NCBI GenBank assembly: GCA_035458985.1 | Contig: DATHYR010000176.1 | Span: 17,971 to 81,970, forward strand | Direction of reading: 5' to 3' | Source of the DNA: Pseudomonadales bacterium | Lineage (GTDB): Bacteria; Pseudomonadota; Gammaproteobacteria; Pseudomonadales; JAHEIH01 | Length of the DNA stretch: 64,000 bases | Part shown: positions 1-11,531 of the stretch, one piece after another | How positions within the stretch are numbered: the stretch's first letter is position 1 | Layout of the letters: each line of letters starts with the position of its first letter | Notes under the pieces: model-generated | The model's database searches: none | The model's input: the letters and a program-made list of their open reading frames with translations, nothing else | Told to the model about the DNA's origin: nothing | Program-made: the position numbers and the translations under genes

Positions 1-490
1 CCAGGTAGCGAGATTCACCTAACCTAGCATTAGCCTTATGACTGTTTACCAATCCACCGATAACGAAGGTTGGGTCCAATTCACCCGCCGCCAAAATAGA
101 CGCTATCATGCTAGTTGTGGTGGTTTTTCCATGGGTTCCAGCCACAGCAATACCATGCCTAAAACGCATTAACTCCGCCAACATTTCTGCTCTTCGCACG
201 ATGGGGACACGCGTCTCACGCGCCGCGGCCACCTCAGGATTTTTCTCATTGATGGCTGACGAGCAGACCACCACATTGGCACCGTCAATATTGCTCTCTC
301 GATGCCCAATAAATACGTCACATCCCAGTGCCGCAAGGCGCTGAGTATTGGCTGATGGCGCGATATCTGAGCCACTGATTCGATAGCCTTGGTTGAGCAG
401 CACTTCGGCAATACCACTCATACCTGCACCGCCAATACCGACAAAGTGGATCTGTTCAATACGCCGCATCTCCGGCACAAAGCTATTCAC
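1..490 (-). CDS. murC: UDP-N-acetylmuramate--L-alanine ligase MurC, N-terminal part (gene runs off the left edge)
   Basis: Absent from the ORF track because it is truncated. My minus-strand translation from GTG 490 (alternative ATG 469) reads [36 protein letters not shown]...[18 protein letters not shown]...[22 protein letters not shown]. This shows a GxGGxG fold and the Mur-ligase P-loop. It lies directly downstream of murG, as in dcw clusters. Confidence 0.9.
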   Translation of the reverse strand, partial: MNSFVPEMRRIEQIHFVGIGGAGMSGIAEVLLNQGYRISGSDIAPSANTQRLAALGCDVFIGHRESNIDGANVVVCSSAINEKNPEVAAARETRVPIVRRAEMLAELMRFRHGIAVAGTHGKTTTTSMIASILAAGELDPTFVIGGLVNSHKANARLGESRYL

Positions 491-494
491 GCGT

Positions 495-1586
495 TTAATA
501 TTCACGCGCCACCTCCATACAGACTTGGGCGACTTTTTCTGCAGAACCAAGAACTGCCACCGACCTAGCACAATCACTCATTTTGGGTAGTTTTGAGGGG
601 GGACGAATCAAATCAGCCAATACTTTACTCAAGGTTTTTTCACTCATGTGATCTTGTGGCATCAATACCGCTGCCCCAGCATCCACCAAAATATTGGCAT
701 TTGCCGTTTGGTGATCATCAATGGCATGAGGAAATGGCACTAGAATGCATGGCAAACCAGCTGCTGCCACTTCCGAGACGGTCAGTGCGCCAGATCGACA
801 TATCACCACGTCTGCCCACGCATAGGCTGCGGCCATATCGTTAATAAAGGCGACGACCTCGGCTTCAGGAAGGTCAGAGTAGTTACGCACCACATCGTCA
901 TAGCCACGCTCACCTGTCTGATGTCGAATAGCCAACGTGAATTCCTTGGAGACTTCACGAAGCGCGCCTGGAACAATCCCATTCAACGCCAATGCCCCCT
1001 GACTACCACCCAAAATCAAGATATGTTTGATCTCGCTATCCGAGGCATGTTCGCGCTGACTACGCACACTTTCGATAGCCGAGCGGATAGGGTTGCCAAC
1101 CACCTCACCTTTGTTTTTACCAGCAAAGGCTCCTTCAAAGGCTTGCAACACGCGAGTTGCCATGAGGGACAACAATCGATTCGTAGAACCCGCAATCGCG
1201 TTTTGCTCATGGATGACAAGAGGGATGTTTAACCAACGCGCCGCCATACCACCCGGCGCAGCGGCGAATCCACCCATGCCAAGTACGCATACAGGATTCA
1301 GTGATTTAAGCACTGCAATACTCTCATGCACTGCTCTCATCACCTTAAAGGGTGCCGTCAACCAGCCCACTACACCCTTGCCACGCACGCCACGAATACT
1401 GAGATAACTGATATCAATGCCTGCCGCAGGAACCAATTTGGCTTCGATGCCTCGCGCCGTGCCAAGCCAATGGATCTGGAAGCCAGCTGCACGCAAGATT
1501 TCTGCCGTTGATAACGCCGGGAAAACGTGACCACCGGTGCCGCCAGCCATGATCACAATGACGGGTTTATTGTTAGGCGTTGGCAT
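495..1586 (-). CDS. murG: UDP-N-acetylglucosamine--N-acetylmuramyl-(pentapeptide) pyrophosphoryl-undecaprenol GlcNAc transferase MurG
   Basis: 363 aa. The N-terminal motif [14 protein letters not shown] is typical of MurG (GT28). It sits between ftsW and murC. Confidence 0.95.
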   Translation of the reverse strand: MPTPNNKPVIVIMAGGTGGHVFPALSTAEILRAAGFQIHWLGTARGIEAKLVPAAGIDISYLSIRGVRGKGVVGWLTAPFKVMRAVHESIAVLKSLNPVCVLGMGGFAAAPGGMAARWLNIPLVIHEQNAIAGSTNRLLSLMATRVLQAFEGAFAGKNKGEVVGNPIRSAIESVRSQREHASDSEIKHILILGGSQGALALNGIVPGALREVSKEFTLAIRHQTGERGYDDVVRNYSDLPEAEVVAFINDMAAAYAWADVVICRSGALTVSEVAAAGLPCILVPFPHAIDDHQTANANILVDAGAAVLMPQDHMSEKTLSKVLADLIRPPSKLPKMSDCARSVAVLGSAEKVAQVCMEVAREY

Positions 1587-2781
1587 ACTTCACCCCCCCC
1601 TGGCTGGACCGACGAACTTTGACGATCGCCTGTGGTTGCATACTTGAGCCATGCAACAACTCGAACTGAATACGATAAGCCAAGGCGATCAAACAGCAGC
1701 AAGCTATCAAACTACTACCGCCATAACTCACAAAAGGTAACGTCAATCCTTTTGTCGGTAATAAGCCAGACGTGACGCCAATATTAATAAAAGCCTGACC
1801 CGCGATAATCAGACCTGCACCCGCGGCAATGTATGCCATAAAGGGCTGGTTGGCATCCATGGCACGACGAGAAAGACGCATCAATCCACCAACGAGCACC
1901 GCGAACAATGAGATAGTGACCAGGACACCCATCAAGCCAAGCTCCTCAGCCAAGATGGCAAAGACAAAATCGGTATGGGCTTCAGGTAAGTAAAATAATT
2001 TCTGCACACTGTGACCGAGCCCCACTCCGGTCCATTCCCCACGACCAAAGGCGATCAGTGACTGCACTAACTGGTAACCACTACTAAATTGGTCTGCCCA
2101 TGGATCCTGGAAGGCCAGCAATCGGCGCATGCGATACTCTGACGACATTGCCATTGCCACGACAGCACCCAAGCACAGCAAAATCATGCTGAGAAATTGC
2201 CCCATCTTAACGCCTGCCAAGAAAATCAGGCCCATGGTACAACCTAGCAACACCACAACAGCCCCAAAATCAGGTTCCGATAGCAACATCACAATGAGGA
2301 CCACCAGCACAATGATGGGTTTAATGAAACCCATCCAATGCTGCTGGACTTCGTCTTGACGGCGCTGAAGATAACTTGCCATATAAAACAACACACACAC
2401 TTTTGCGACTTCAGACGCTTGCAGCGTTAATGGGCCAAGCACGAGCCAACGACGACTGCCGTTGACTTCGCGGCCGATACCAGGAATTAAAACGACACTT
2501 AACAGCACCATGCTAAATAGCAAAAACGCCCAACCGTATTTAAACCAAAATTGCATGGGGATGCGGCTCACTACAAAGGCAATGCTGACCGCAATGACGA
2601 TGTACATGCTGTGACGTTTCAAATGAAAAAAGGCCGAGTCATACTTCTGCGCACCAATATCCATTGAGGCAGAGGTCATCATGACCAATCCAATGCACAT
2701 CAACGCCACGGTAGTCAGTGCGATCCACCGCCATTCGGGTACATCGTTCAGTTGCGGCTTGGGAGCAACGACATCAACCAT
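1573..2781 (-). CDS. ftsW: SEDS-family peptidoglycan glycosyltransferase / lipid II flippase-type protein FtsW
   Basis: Polytopic membrane protein with SEDS-like sequence (GxxxQLVQSLIAFGRGEWTGVGLG, LPEAHTDFVFA). The ORF extends to 2868, but ATG 2781 lies 2 nt after the murD stop and is the likely start. Confidence 0.9.
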   Translation of the reverse strand: MVDVVAPKPQLNDVPEWRWIALTTVALMCIGLVMMTSASMDIGAQKYDSAFFHLKRHSMYIVIAVSIAFVVSRIPMQFWFKYGWAFLLFSMVLLSVVLIPGIGREVNGSRRWLVLGPLTLQASEVAKVCVLFYMASYLQRRQDEVQQHWMGFIKPIIVLVVLIVMLLSEPDFGAVVVLLGCTMGLIFLAGVKMGQFLSMILLCLGAVVAMAMSSEYRMRRLLAFQDPWADQFSSGYQLVQSLIAFGRGEWTGVGLGHSVQKLFYLPEAHTDFVFAILAEELGLMGVLVTISLFAVLVGGLMRLSRRAMDANQPFMAYIAAGAGLIIAGQAFINIGVTSGLLPTKGLTLPFVSYGGSSLIACCCLIALAYRIQFELLHGSSMQPQAIVKVRRSSQGGVKYANA

Positions 2782-4150
2782 GCTCAACTCCCTCAATGAA
2801 ACGCTGCACTGACTCTGCAAAGCATTGCCCACGATGGGCGTAGTTATTGAACATATCAAAACTGGCACAGGCGGGTGAAAACAACACTACATCGCCAACG
2901 TCAGCCAAAGCACTCGCTTGTGCTACGGCCTCATCTAAACTGGCCGCCGCGAATGTCTTAACACCCACGCGCTGGAGTGCCGCTGCGATGGCTGGCCCAT
3001 CGACGCCTATTGTGACAGCCGCTTTGGTGGCGACGACTCCTTTCGCCAACAACTCAAAATCGGCACCTTTGCCAACGCCACCAGCAATCAGCACAAGATT
3101 ATCGCGAACTGGACTCGCGAAGCCTTTAATCGCGGCTATGGTCGCGCCAATATTAGTCCCCTTAGAGTCATTGATATAAATCACACCATGGGCATCAGCG
3201 ACACGCTCGCAGCGATGTGGCAGACCACCAAAGGTACGCAGCGTGTCCAACATTGCGGCCATAGGCAAACCTGCCGCCTTACCAATCGCCAACGCGGCTA
3301 GGGCATTTTCAGTATTGTGGTTACCCAGCAAACGAACCTCACGGCGAGGCATCAACTCTTCAAATTGAAAAGTAAGGTATTGTTCGTCTTCGTGCTCTAC
3401 GAGGCCAAAGGCATTAAAGTCGGGACGATCCAAACCAAAACTCCATGTTTTGGTTTCGCCAGGTAACAGTGGTGAGGTCAACGCATCACCCCGATTAAAA
3501 ACCGCATTCTTACATCCGAAATAAATGCGATGTTTAGCTGCATGGTATTGCGCCAGCCCCTCATAACGGTCCATGTGATCGGGGCTGATATTCAGCACGC
3601 TAGCCACCGCCGCTTTTAAAGGCTTCATGCGCTCCAATTGAAAGCTGGACAATTCAAGGACAAACAGATCGAACGTCTGTGCCTCATCACCTAGTATGAG
3701 TTCAAGCGCGGGAGTACCAATATTTCCCCCAACGCCTACTTTTAATCCCGCTGCTGCCGCCATTTCACCTACAAGCGCTGTGACGGTGCTCTTGGCATTA
3801 GAACCTGTAATTGCAACGATAGGAGCACTAACCGCCTCAGCAAATACATCAATATCACAGCTGATGTCGATGCCGGCTTGACGTGCTGCTAACAACACAG
3901 GCTTATCCAGAGCAATACCAGGGCTGACGAGCAATTCGGTGGCGCGAAGTATTTCCGACTCCACCATCTTACCCACTAGCAGCGGCACATCATCGAACTC
4001 ACGCCTAAAGAGATCAATAGCGTCTGATGTTTCATTTTCTTCGACAGCAAAGAATCGCTTACCTCGAGCCTTCAAATAGCGCGCAGTCGCCATGCCGGTT
4101 CTACCTAAACCGATAACGCCGATTAATTTGTCGCTGCTAATAAGACTCAC
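2774..4150 (-). CDS. murD: UDP-N-acetylmuramoylalanine--D-glutamate ligase MurD
   Basis: 458 aa. It has the N-terminal GLGRTG fold and the Mur-ligase P-loop ITGSNAKST. dcw position between mraY and ftsW. Confidence 0.95.
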   Translation of the reverse strand: MSLISSDKLIGVIGLGRTGMATARYLKARGKRFFAVEENETSDAIDLFRREFDDVPLLVGKMVESEILRATELLVSPGIALDKPVLLAARQAGIDISCDIDVFAEAVSAPIVAITGSNAKSTVTALVGEMAAAAGLKVGVGGNIGTPALELILGDEAQTFDLFVLELSSFQLERMKPLKAAVASVLNISPDHMDRYEGLAQYHAAKHRIYFGCKNAVFNRGDALTSPLLPGETKTWSFGLDRPDFNAFGLVEHEDEQYLTFQFEELMPRREVRLLGNHNTENALAALAIGKAAGLPMAAMLDTLRTFGGLPHRCERVADAHGVIYINDSKGTNIGATIAAIKGFASPVRDNLVLIAGGVGKGADFELLAKGVVATKAAVTIGVDGPAIAAALQRVGVKTFAAASLDEAVAQASALADVGDVVLFSPACASFDMFNNYAHRGQCFAESVQRFIEGVEHG

Positions 4151-4159
4151 GCATTTCTC

Positions 4160-5242
4160 CTAGCGAATTTTCAACGTAGCTAATCCGATTAACACCAAAA
4201 TCACCGTAATGATCCAAAATCGCACGATCACACGAGGCTCTGGCCAACCCTTTAACTCAAAGTGGTGGTGGATCGGCGCCATCCTAAAAATGCGCTTCCC
4301 CGTCAGTTTGAAAGAAGCCACTTGGAGAATGACCGACACCGTTTCCAGTACGAAAATGCCACCCATAATAAACAGGACCACTTCATGACGAATGATCACC
4401 GCCAGTGTTCCTAACGCGGCACCCAATGCTAAGGCGCCAACATCACCCATAAATACTTGCGCGGGGTAGGTGTTAAACCACAAAAAACCCAGTCCCGCGC
4501 CTACGAGCGAGGCACTAAAAACGATTAATTCACCGCTTCCCGCGACGTAGGGAATCATCAGATATTCAGCAAACTTGATATTGCCTGACAGGTAGGCAAT
4601 CAAACCGAGGGCACCACCCACCAGCACCGTGGGCAGAATAGCCAGGCCATCTAAGCCGTCTGTGAGGTTAACGGCATTGCTACTACCGACGATGACGAAG
4701 TAGCTAAACACGACAAAAAAGATCCCCATATCCAGCACCATGCCATTGATAAAGGGTAGATATAAGCCGGTAGTAACGGCGCTCTCCGCGTTCATGTAGA
4801 GGAAAATCGCGACACCCAAGCCACCGACAGATTGCCAAAAATACTTCCACCGCGCGGGTAATCCACGAGGATTTTTTTCAATCACTTTGCGGTAGTCATC
4901 AACCCAACCTACTGCGCCAAATATGGCGGTGACGGCCAATACAACCCAAACATAGCGATTGTTTAAATCCGACCACAGCAAGGTGCTGAGTAATATGGAC
5001 ACCAATATCAATGCGCCGCCCATCGTAGGGGTGCCTGACTTAGCCAAATGGGTCGCAGGACCATCATCACGAATTGCCTGCCCTATTTGGCGATAGTTCA
5101 ACTGGCGAATCATGGTAGGTCCCAACAACAAGGCGATGGCTAGGGCGGTAATGGTTCCCATGATGCCTCGCACCGTGAGATATTGAAAAACGCCAAATCC
5201 ACCAATGAAATTAGCCAATAGATCAGATAGCCAAAGCAGCAT
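4160..5242 (-). CDS. mraY: phospho-N-acetylmuramoyl-pentapeptide transferase MraY
   Basis: Polytopic protein with the [13 protein letters not shown] and HHHFE motifs. The ORF extends to 5266, but ATG 5242 overlaps the murF TAA (TAATG) and gives 360 aa. Confidence 0.95.
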   Translation of the reverse strand: MLLWLSDLLANFIGGFGVFQYLTVRGIMGTITALAIALLLGPTMIRQLNYRQIGQAIRDDGPATHLAKSGTPTMGGALILVSILLSTLLWSDLNNRYVWVVLAVTAIFGAVGWVDDYRKVIEKNPRGLPARWKYFWQSVGGLGVAIFLYMNAESAVTTGLYLPFINGMVLDMGIFFVVFSYFVIVGSSNAVNLTDGLDGLAILPTVLVGGALGLIAYLSGNIKFAEYLMIPYVAGSGELIVFSASLVGAGLGFLWFNTYPAQVFMGDVGALALGAALGTLAVIIRHEVVLFIMGGIFVLETVSVILQVASFKLTGKRIFRMAPIHHHFELKGWPEPRVIVRFWIITVILVLIGLATLKIR

Positions 5243-6612
5243 TAGGCAGCACCTCCTGCAAAACATTCCTCGAGTGCGGCAATAACACGCTCCATGCGCG
5301 AGCTCCGCGAGCCTTTAACAAGCACGGTGTCGTTGGCTTGTAATTGAGAGCACAACAAACGATTTAATTGATCCATATCGTCGCAATGAACAGCACCATC
5401 ACCAAACGCCTTTGCAGCATGAGCCATTAAAGGCCCTGTGCTATACCAAGCATCGACCTTGCCTTGGGCATAAACGCCTAGATCCTGATGCAACTGCTGC
5501 GTATCGGGACCAAGTTCAGCCATATCACCTACCACCAAAACGCGGCGTTGGGTAGCGAGCGACAAGGTATCAATGGCAGCTCGTAGCGATCGCGGATTGG
5601 CGTTATAGCTATCGTCAATGACAGACATACGGCCAATTTGACGCACGGCCAATCGGCCTTTGAGACTCTTATATTTGGACAGGCCAGTGGCTATGGACTG
5701 AAGATCTACACCGGCAAGTAATGCCATGGCCGCCGCAGCGCATGCATTTTTAATCATGTGTTGACCCGGCACAGACAAGGCAACATCCACATTTCCTTGG
5801 GGTGAGCACAAGCGGAAGGCTGATCCATCTATCGTGGCAACCACATCCGCTGCATACACGTCGTTATCGGATTGGAGTCCAAAACTGAGCACCTCTAGTC
5901 CACGCATCGACAATTCTTCTTTCCACGAGGCGGTAAGTGGATCGTCACCATGGACAGCCGCAGCACGTAATTTTGAGGTGGCGTTGTATATCTGTTTTTT
6001 GGTCGCCGCGATCTGAGCAACAGAACCAAACATTTCTAGATGCGCCTCACCGACGTTGGTGACCATGGCAATGTCAGGTTTTGCAAAATCGACCAAATAG
6101 GCAATGTCATTGGGCTTTCCAGCCCCCATCTCAATGACAGCAAAATCGTGATTCACGTCAATCTGAGACAGCGTCAAAGGCACACCAACTTCGTTGTTGT
6201 TATTACTCTGAGTCGCGAGGACATGACCGTTCACCGCTAATATAGCTACCAACATTTCCTTACACGATGTTTTACCGCTACTGCCGGTGATGCCAAAGAC
6301 AAGACCGGCAAATTGCTCGCGTATTTCACCCGCCAACATCCCGTAGGCCAACAAGGTGTCTGCCACCACGATCTGCGGGATGGCCAACTCACTACTGGCG
6401 CGAGATACCACAACCGCAGAGGCGCCAAGCGCAGCGACAGTCGTTAAATAGCTGTGACCATCAAAACGCTCGCCCTGCAGCGCGACAAAAATATCCCCCT
6501 TCACAAGGGTGCGCGAATCCGTATTGAGATGGCCACTGATCGGCTTGTCATGACCAATCAATGTTCCGTTCAGTCGTTCTGCCATCGTTTGGCAAGACAT
6601 GTTTAGTTTCAT
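5242..6612 (-). CDS. murF: UDP-N-acetylmuramoyl-tripeptide--D-alanyl-D-alanine ligase MurF
   Basis: P-loop [10 protein letters not shown] and Mur ligase domains. The likely start ATG 6612 overlaps the murE stop (ATGA). The ORF extends to 6633. Confidence 0.93.
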   Translation of the reverse strand: MKLNMSCQTMAERLNGTLIGHDKPISGHLNTDSRTLVKGDIFVALQGERFDGHSYLTTVAALGASAVVVSRASSELAIPQIVVADTLLAYGMLAGEIREQFAGLVFGITGSSGKTSCKEMLVAILAVNGHVLATQSNNNNEVGVPLTLSQIDVNHDFAVIEMGAGKPNDIAYLVDFAKPDIAMVTNVGEAHLEMFGSVAQIAATKKQIYNATSKLRAAAVHGDDPLTASWKEELSMRGLEVLSFGLQSDNDVYAADVVATIDGSAFRLCSPQGNVDVALSVPGQHMIKNACAAAAMALLAGVDLQSIATGLSKYKSLKGRLAVRQIGRMSVIDDSYNANPRSLRAAIDTLSLATQRRVLVVGDMAELGPDTQQLHQDLGVYAQGKVDAWYSTGPLMAHAAKAFGDGAVHCDDMDQLNRLLCSQLQANDTVLVKGSRSSRMERVIAALEECFAGGAA

Positions 6613-8069
6613 GCCATCCCCCCGCTCAGACATTGCGCGGCGACCAAGCGATCATCAAAAGGCAATACTTGATTGCCTATGATCTGATAATCCTCATGTC
6701 CCTTTCCTGCGATGAGTACACAATCGCTCGATTGGGCCATACCAATGGCGTGAGTAATGGCCGCTTTACGATCGAGCTCAACAATGGCATTGGCGGGCTG
6801 AACTAAGCCTGCAAGCACATCATTAACAATCGTTTGGGGATCTTCACTACGCGGGTTGTCGCTGGTAATAATAACGACATCAGACAAGTCTTCTGCCACC
6901 TTCGCCATCAGTGGACGCTTACCAACATCGCGATCTCCCCCACAGCCGAATACGACAATTAAACGTCCCTGACAGTGCGGACGCAGGGCGCGCAACGCAT
7001 TATCTAATCCATCAGGTGTGTGGGCATAATCAACCAATACAGCGGGCTGACCGGAACCCACCAATTCCATGCGTCCAGGGACACCTCGCACACGGCTCAA
7101 CGCCTTTTGCACTTGCTGCGCATTCTCGCTGTAATGGCAGAGCACAGCACAGGCGGCTAATAGGTTTGCCGCGTTGTAAGCACCTACCACCGGGACATCC
7201 ACGGCGATGTCTCCGTAAGGTGTGGCTATGCGCAATGAAGTACCATTTAAGCGATAATCCACCGCTGTCAGACGGACATCTGCTTGCCGTTGAGTACTGT
7301 AGGTCAGCACTCGACAATCACTGTGAATAGCCTCTATCCAGCCAGCACCAATCTCATCATCAAGATTCATGACCGCGGCCTGTAACCCAGGTCGCAAAAA
7401 TAGTTGACGCTTCACGTCTGCATAAGCGGCAAAGTCGCCGTGGTAGTCTAAATGGTCACGGCTAAGATTCGTAAACACAGCAACATCGATGACGACGTCG
7501 TCAAGACGCCCTTGGTGTATACCTATCGATGACGCCTCCAGCGACACGGCCCTTGCGCCCTCAGACTTGAGACTGGCCAGCATACGATGCATCGATACAA
7601 CATCCGGGGTGGTATTAATCACCGCCTGATAGCCATCAACACCCCAGCCAAGCGTTCCTATGTATCCGCATGGACCATGCAGGGCATTCAGGGCATCTGC
7701 CACAAAACGACACACACTGGTTTTTCCGTTTGTTCCCGTGACAGCAACTGTCACTATAGAAGCCGAAGGATGACCGTAAAAGTCAGCAGCCATCGTCGCA
7801 ATTCTTGCTTCAAGGTTGGGAATATGAACAATTTTATCGCGCCATTGGTATGGCACGTCAAAGCCCTCAGTATCCGCAAATGCCACTGTTGCGCCGCGCT
7901 CAAAGGCCGACTGAATGTATTGACGTCCATCGCTGGCCAAACCACGTAGCGCCACGAAGCCACTGCCTTCCGTGACCGCTCGGCTATCAATAAATAGATC
8001 ACTTAGCGGTGCCACATGAAAACCTGGCATGTACGCAGCGGGCACAAATTTTTCGAGACTAGTGCGCAT
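6609..8069 (-). CDS. murE: UDP-N-acetylmuramoyl-L-alanyl-D-glutamate--2,6-diaminopimelate ligase MurE
   Basis: P-loop VTGTNGKTS and the meso-DAP specificity motif DNPR (ITSDNPRSEDP). The start is uncertain: ATG 8069 or ATG 8030. The ORF extends to 8120. Confidence 0.93.
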   Translation of the reverse strand: MRTSLEKFVPAAYMPGFHVAPLSDLFIDSRAVTEGSGFVALRGLASDGRQYIQSAFERGATVAFADTEGFDVPYQWRDKIVHIPNLEARIATMAADFYGHPSASIVTVAVTGTNGKTSVCRFVADALNALHGPCGYIGTLGWGVDGYQAVINTTPDVVSMHRMLASLKSEGARAVSLEASSIGIHQGRLDDVVIDVAVFTNLSRDHLDYHGDFAAYADVKRQLFLRPGLQAAVMNLDDEIGAGWIEAIHSDCRVLTYSTQRQADVRLTAVDYRLNGTSLRIATPYGDIAVDVPVVGAYNAANLLAACAVLCHYSENAQQVQKALSRVRGVPGRMELVGSGQPAVLVDYAHTPDGLDNALRALRPHCQGRLIVVFGCGGDRDVGKRPLMAKVAEDLSDVVIITSDNPRSEDPQTIVNDVLAGLVQPANAIVELDRKAAITHAIGMAQSSDCVLIAGKGHEDYQIIGNQVLPFDDRLVAAQCLSGGMA

Positions 8070-9783
8070 AAGCCAGCCCCCCGTGCGACTCTTCCGCCAA
8101 GAGATTACTGGGCCGGACATTTAAAATGCGAAGAGAGTCGTTAACGACTCTCGAAAAAACTGGCGCGGCTACTTGTCCACCGTGGTAATTGTCACCACCA
8201 GGCTCATCTATAACCACCACGGCGGCAATTCTGGGATTATCGACGGGAGCCAATCCAGCAAATAGCGCCATGTAGCGGCTATCGGCATATCCACCTGGTC
8301 CCACCTTGTGGGCTGTCCCTGTTTTTCCCGCCACCCCATACAGCTCTGTGGCAGCCTTGGTACCGGTTCCTCCTTGCTGTATCACCTCCCGAAGCATGGT
8401 GACGACTTGCTTGGCCACCGACTCCTCAATGACCCGCGTACCCTCGACAACGTCCGCCTCAACTTTGAGCAAGGATACAGGGCGCTTGATCCCGCCACTC
8501 GCCAAGGTGGCATAAGCAGACGCTAATTGCACAGGCGTAACAGCGAATCCATAGCCAAATGACATGGTAGCCGTTTCAATGCCCGTAGGGTCACGGTCAT
8601 AAATTGGGAAGCTACCCGAGCTTTCGCCGGGAAAGCCTGAATACGTGGATTGCCCCAAGCCCAAATCCTGTAATACTCGGCGAATAGGTTCGTTACCTAT
8701 ATCTAACGCCACCTTCGACATCCCGACCTGACTCGATTTTGCCAATATCTTAGTGACATTAAGAACGCCATAATTCACAGGATCAGGGAATACCTTACGC
8801 TCGACGCGCAGATATCCTGGATTGGTATCCACCACGGTTTTGGGCGTGTATTTGCCACTGCGCAGCGCAGCAATCATTGACAACGGTTTAATGGTCGAGC
8901 CGGGCTCAAACATATCGGTCATGGCGCGGTTGCGCACATAATTGATATTCATCTTGCTGCGATTATTGGGATTGAACGAAGGCTGATTAGCCATCGCCAA
9001 CAACTCACCGGTATTGACATCCATCAATACGACCGTGCCAGCCTTAGCACCGAATTTTGCGATCGCCGCCGCAAGCTCTCGCTGAGCAACGTATTGCAGG
9101 CGCAAATCCAAAGCCAGCTGAACATTAGCACCTTGCTTGGGTGCTTCAATTTCTGCAATCTCACGAATGACATTGCCATTGAGGTCTTTTAATACCTGCT
9201 TTTTACCCGCCGACCCTGAGAGGATATTGTCGTAAGCCAACTCAATCGCTTCTTGCCCTTTATCACTGATATCCGTAAAGCCAATCACCTGTGACACTAC
9301 ATCCGCAGCTGGATAAAAACGTTTGTATTCTGTTTGCGAATGCACGCCTTTAAAACGGTGTGCAATCACACGTTGAGCGTGCTCGGGATTAATTTGACGC
9401 GCCACATACATAAAGCTTTGCTGCGAATTACGCTGCAAGCGACGGCGAAATTCTTTTTCACTCTCACCTGCAAGCTCCGCCAACACACTAACGGCCGTAT
9501 CTGTGACCTCAAAATGGCGAGGATTTAACCAAACAGATTCAACCGGCGTACTCATTGCCAAAATATCACCGTTGCGGTCGGTGATCACACCACGAGAGGC
9601 GGGAACGCTAAGGTTTCTTACGGCCCGTAAATCACCTTGTCGCTGAAGAAAATCGTGACCGCGCTCGGTATCGATCACTTGCAAAAGGGCTGCGCGACCA
9701 ACCAGCAGCGCGCACATCACAACTAGCGCCGCCGCTAGCGTGTAGTAGCGCCAAGCATAGGCTTTTGCGGCGTTAGTCGTCAC
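8059..9783 (-). CDS. ftsI: peptidoglycan D,D-transpeptidase FtsI (PBP3)
   Basis: 574 aa with an N-terminal TM anchor. Penicillin-binding motifs are present: STIKP (SxxK) and GKTGTA (KTG). dcw position. Confidence 0.95.
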   Translation of the reverse strand: MTTNAAKAYAWRYYTLAAALVVMCALLVGRAALLQVIDTERGHDFLQRQGDLRAVRNLSVPASRGVITDRNGDILAMSTPVESVWLNPRHFEVTDTAVSVLAELAGESEKEFRRRLQRNSQQSFMYVARQINPEHAQRVIAHRFKGVHSQTEYKRFYPAADVVSQVIGFTDISDKGQEAIELAYDNILSGSAGKKQVLKDLNGNVIREIAEIEAPKQGANVQLALDLRLQYVAQRELAAAIAKFGAKAGTVVLMDVNTGELLAMANQPSFNPNNRSKMNINYVRNRAMTDMFEPGSTIKPLSMIAALRSGKYTPKTVVDTNPGYLRVERKVFPDPVNYGVLNVTKILAKSSQVGMSKVALDIGNEPIRRVLQDLGLGQSTYSGFPGESSGSFPIYDRDPTGIETATMSFGYGFAVTPVQLASAYATLASGGIKRPVSLLKVEADVVEGTRVIEESVAKQVVTMLREVIQQGGTGTKAATELYGVAGKTGTAHKVGPGGYADSRYMALFAGLAPVDNPRIAAVVVIDEPGGDNYHGGQVAAPVFSRVVNDSLRILNVRPSNLLAEESHGGLAYAH

Positions 9784-10043
9784 TGTGAGATAACCTCAAT
9801 ATTGTCCATACCTGGTACATCCATCACCAGGCGTTCCCGAGCTAATTTTTCGATACGCGCATGTGCACCCCAGGTGCTCATCTCCAAATGCAGACGACCC
9901 CAATCGGCACGCAATTCTTCTTCTTCGCGCAGAAGTCTTTGCAAATCGCCAAACATGACTCGACTTTGGTGAGCCATGTACTCGACACCCACCGCCGACA
10001 TCACTACCAGCACCAGTAGCAACCACTGCACACGATATTTCAC
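9780..10043 (-). CDS. ftsL: cell division protein FtsL
   Basis: Small bitopic protein (TM segment WLLLVLVVMSAVGV followed by a coiled-coil-like region) between rsmH and ftsI. No ATG exists downstream of the rsmH stop. GTG 10043 is preceded by AGGGG and is my preferred start; GTG 10073 is an alternative, and the ORF reaches 10139. Confidence 0.75.
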   Translation of the reverse strand: MKYRVQWLLLVLVVMSAVGVEYMAHQSRVMFGDLQRLLREEEELRADWGRLHLEMSTWGAHARIEKLARERLVMDVPGMDNIEVISQ

Positions 10044-10083
10044 TTTTACCCCTGCCGCCCCGCAGATGGGCACGACGAATTTG

Positions 10084-11007
10084 TTATAGCTTTTCCGCTG
10101 TGCGCATAACCGCACTACGCGAGCGAACGTTGACCGCAACTTCCTCGTCGCTGGCCATCACAGCCTTACCAATCAGCCGCAACTTTTTATTCAACGCCTC
10201 TTCGCGCACCGGCACCCCAGGAGGCAACTCGTCCCCTTTTTGCTGGCGCCGCATAAACTGTTTAACCATGCGATCCTCAAGCGAATGAAAACTAATCACC
10301 ACCAAACGACCGCCGGGACGGAGCACATCGCATGCCTGCTGTAAAACGCGCTCTAAATCCCCTAATTCATTGTTGATATGGATGCGTATTGCCTGAAAAA
10401 CCCGCGTCGCTGGATGCTTGTGCTTTTCCCAAGCGGGATGCGCTTCAGCGACGACCTTCGCCAAATGCAACGTGGTTTCAAAGGGGCGTAGCGCTCGCTC
10501 ACGAACAATGGCAGCAGCAATACGCTTACTAAAGCGCTCTTCGCCATACGTCTTAAACACCCTGACCAACTCTGCTTCTTTTTCTCGATTCACCCACTGC
10601 GCGGCACTTTCACCCGATGTGGTGTCCATGCGCATATCCAGCGGACCATCTTTTTGAAAGCTAAAGCCTCGAGCCGCATCATCCAACTGCGGCGAGGAAA
10701 CACCCAAATCCAGCAGCACACCATCGACAGCCTCAATACCGCGCGCCTTTAAAAGCATTGGCATATCAGCAAATGAGCCATGCGCAATATCAAAGCGATC
10801 ATCCTGCGCCTGCAGCGCCTTACCAGCAGCAATGGCCAGCGGATCTTTATCAATGCCTACCAAACGACCACTGGGACCTAGCTTTTGAAGCATGAGTCTA
10901 CTGTGACCACCACGCCCAAACGTCCCATCGATGTAGCAACCCTCAGGCTTAACCGCCAGTGCGTCTATTGCCTCATGCAGAAGAACCGTGATGTGCTCGC
11001 TCATCAC
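10084..11007 (-). CDS. rsmH: 16S rRNA (cytosine1402-N4)-methyltransferase RsmH (MraW)
   Basis: 307 aa. The N-terminus [13 protein letters not shown]...[10 protein letters not shown] is typical of RsmH. It is the second gene of the dcw cluster. Confidence 0.95.
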   Translation of the reverse strand: MMSEHITVLLHEAIDALAVKPEGCYIDGTFGRGGHSRLMLQKLGPSGRLVGIDKDPLAIAAGKALQAQDDRFDIAHGSFADMPMLLKARGIEAVDGVLLDLGVSSPQLDDAARGFSFQKDGPLDMRMDTTSGESAAQWVNREKEAELVRVFKTYGEERFSKRIAAAIVRERALRPFETTLHLAKVVAEAHPAWEKHKHPATRVFQAIRIHINNELGDLERVLQQACDVLRPGGRLVVISFHSLEDRMVKQFMRRQQKGDELPPGVPVREEALNKKLRLIGKAVMASDEEVAVNVRSRSAVMRTAEKL

Positions 11008-11468
11008 ATAGCCAAATTCTTTAACGCGTCGGAAGCCAATACATCACCCTCTGCTTCTTCAGCCAGCCAAGTTTCACGGCTATCCAACCAAGCCTCTTCG
11101 CTCCACAACTCAAATTTCTTACCTTGACCGACCAACACCACTTTTTTATCGAGCGACGCGTAGTCACGCAGCGCCTGAGGGAGCAACAAACGACCACTGC
11201 CATCCAATTCCAGATCACTTGCATAGCCAATGGTCAAGCGCTGAAAACGCTTCACAGCGGGGTCAAAGGAAGGCAAATCCTGAATTTGCTTCTCTAAAAC
11301 CTCCCAAGTCGCCAGAGGGTAAAGCAACAAGCAACGTGTTTGGGTATCAATGGTCATTACCATCAAACCACTAAATTCAGACGCCACGCGGTCGCGGTAT
11401 TTGGCTGGCATAGCCATCCGCCCCTTGGCATCTAAATTAATGTGCGATACACCTCTAAACACGCTCAA
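11004..11468 (-). CDS. mraZ: transcriptional regulator MraZ
   Basis: 154 aa with the duplicated MraZ motif (DAKGRMAMP and DGSGRLLLP). It is the first gene of the dcw cluster. Confidence 0.95.
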   Translation of the reverse strand: MSVFRGVSHINLDAKGRMAMPAKYRDRVASEFSGLMVMTIDTQTRCLLLYPLATWEVLEKQIQDLPSFDPAVKRFQRLTIGYASDLELDGSGRLLLPQALRDYASLDKKVVLVGQGKKFELWSEEAWLDSRETWLAEEAEGDVLASDALKNLAM

Positions 11469-11498
11469 CCCACTTTTTGACCCAAAACTCTGAGTTGC

Positions 11499-11523
11499 GA
11501 CACTTTATGCCACAATCTCCCAC
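11499..11523 (-). promoter_or_regulatory. candidate MraZ operator: three 10-bp-phased GTGNN repeats
   Basis: The minus strand reads GTGGGAGATTGTGGCATAAAGTGTC, i.e. GTGGG, GTGGC and GTGTC starting at offsets 1, 11 and 21. It lies immediately downstream of the putative -10 box. This resembles the phased TGGGN repeats bound by E. coli MraZ. Confidence 0.45.
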
Positions 11524-11531
11524 TTCGCGAC

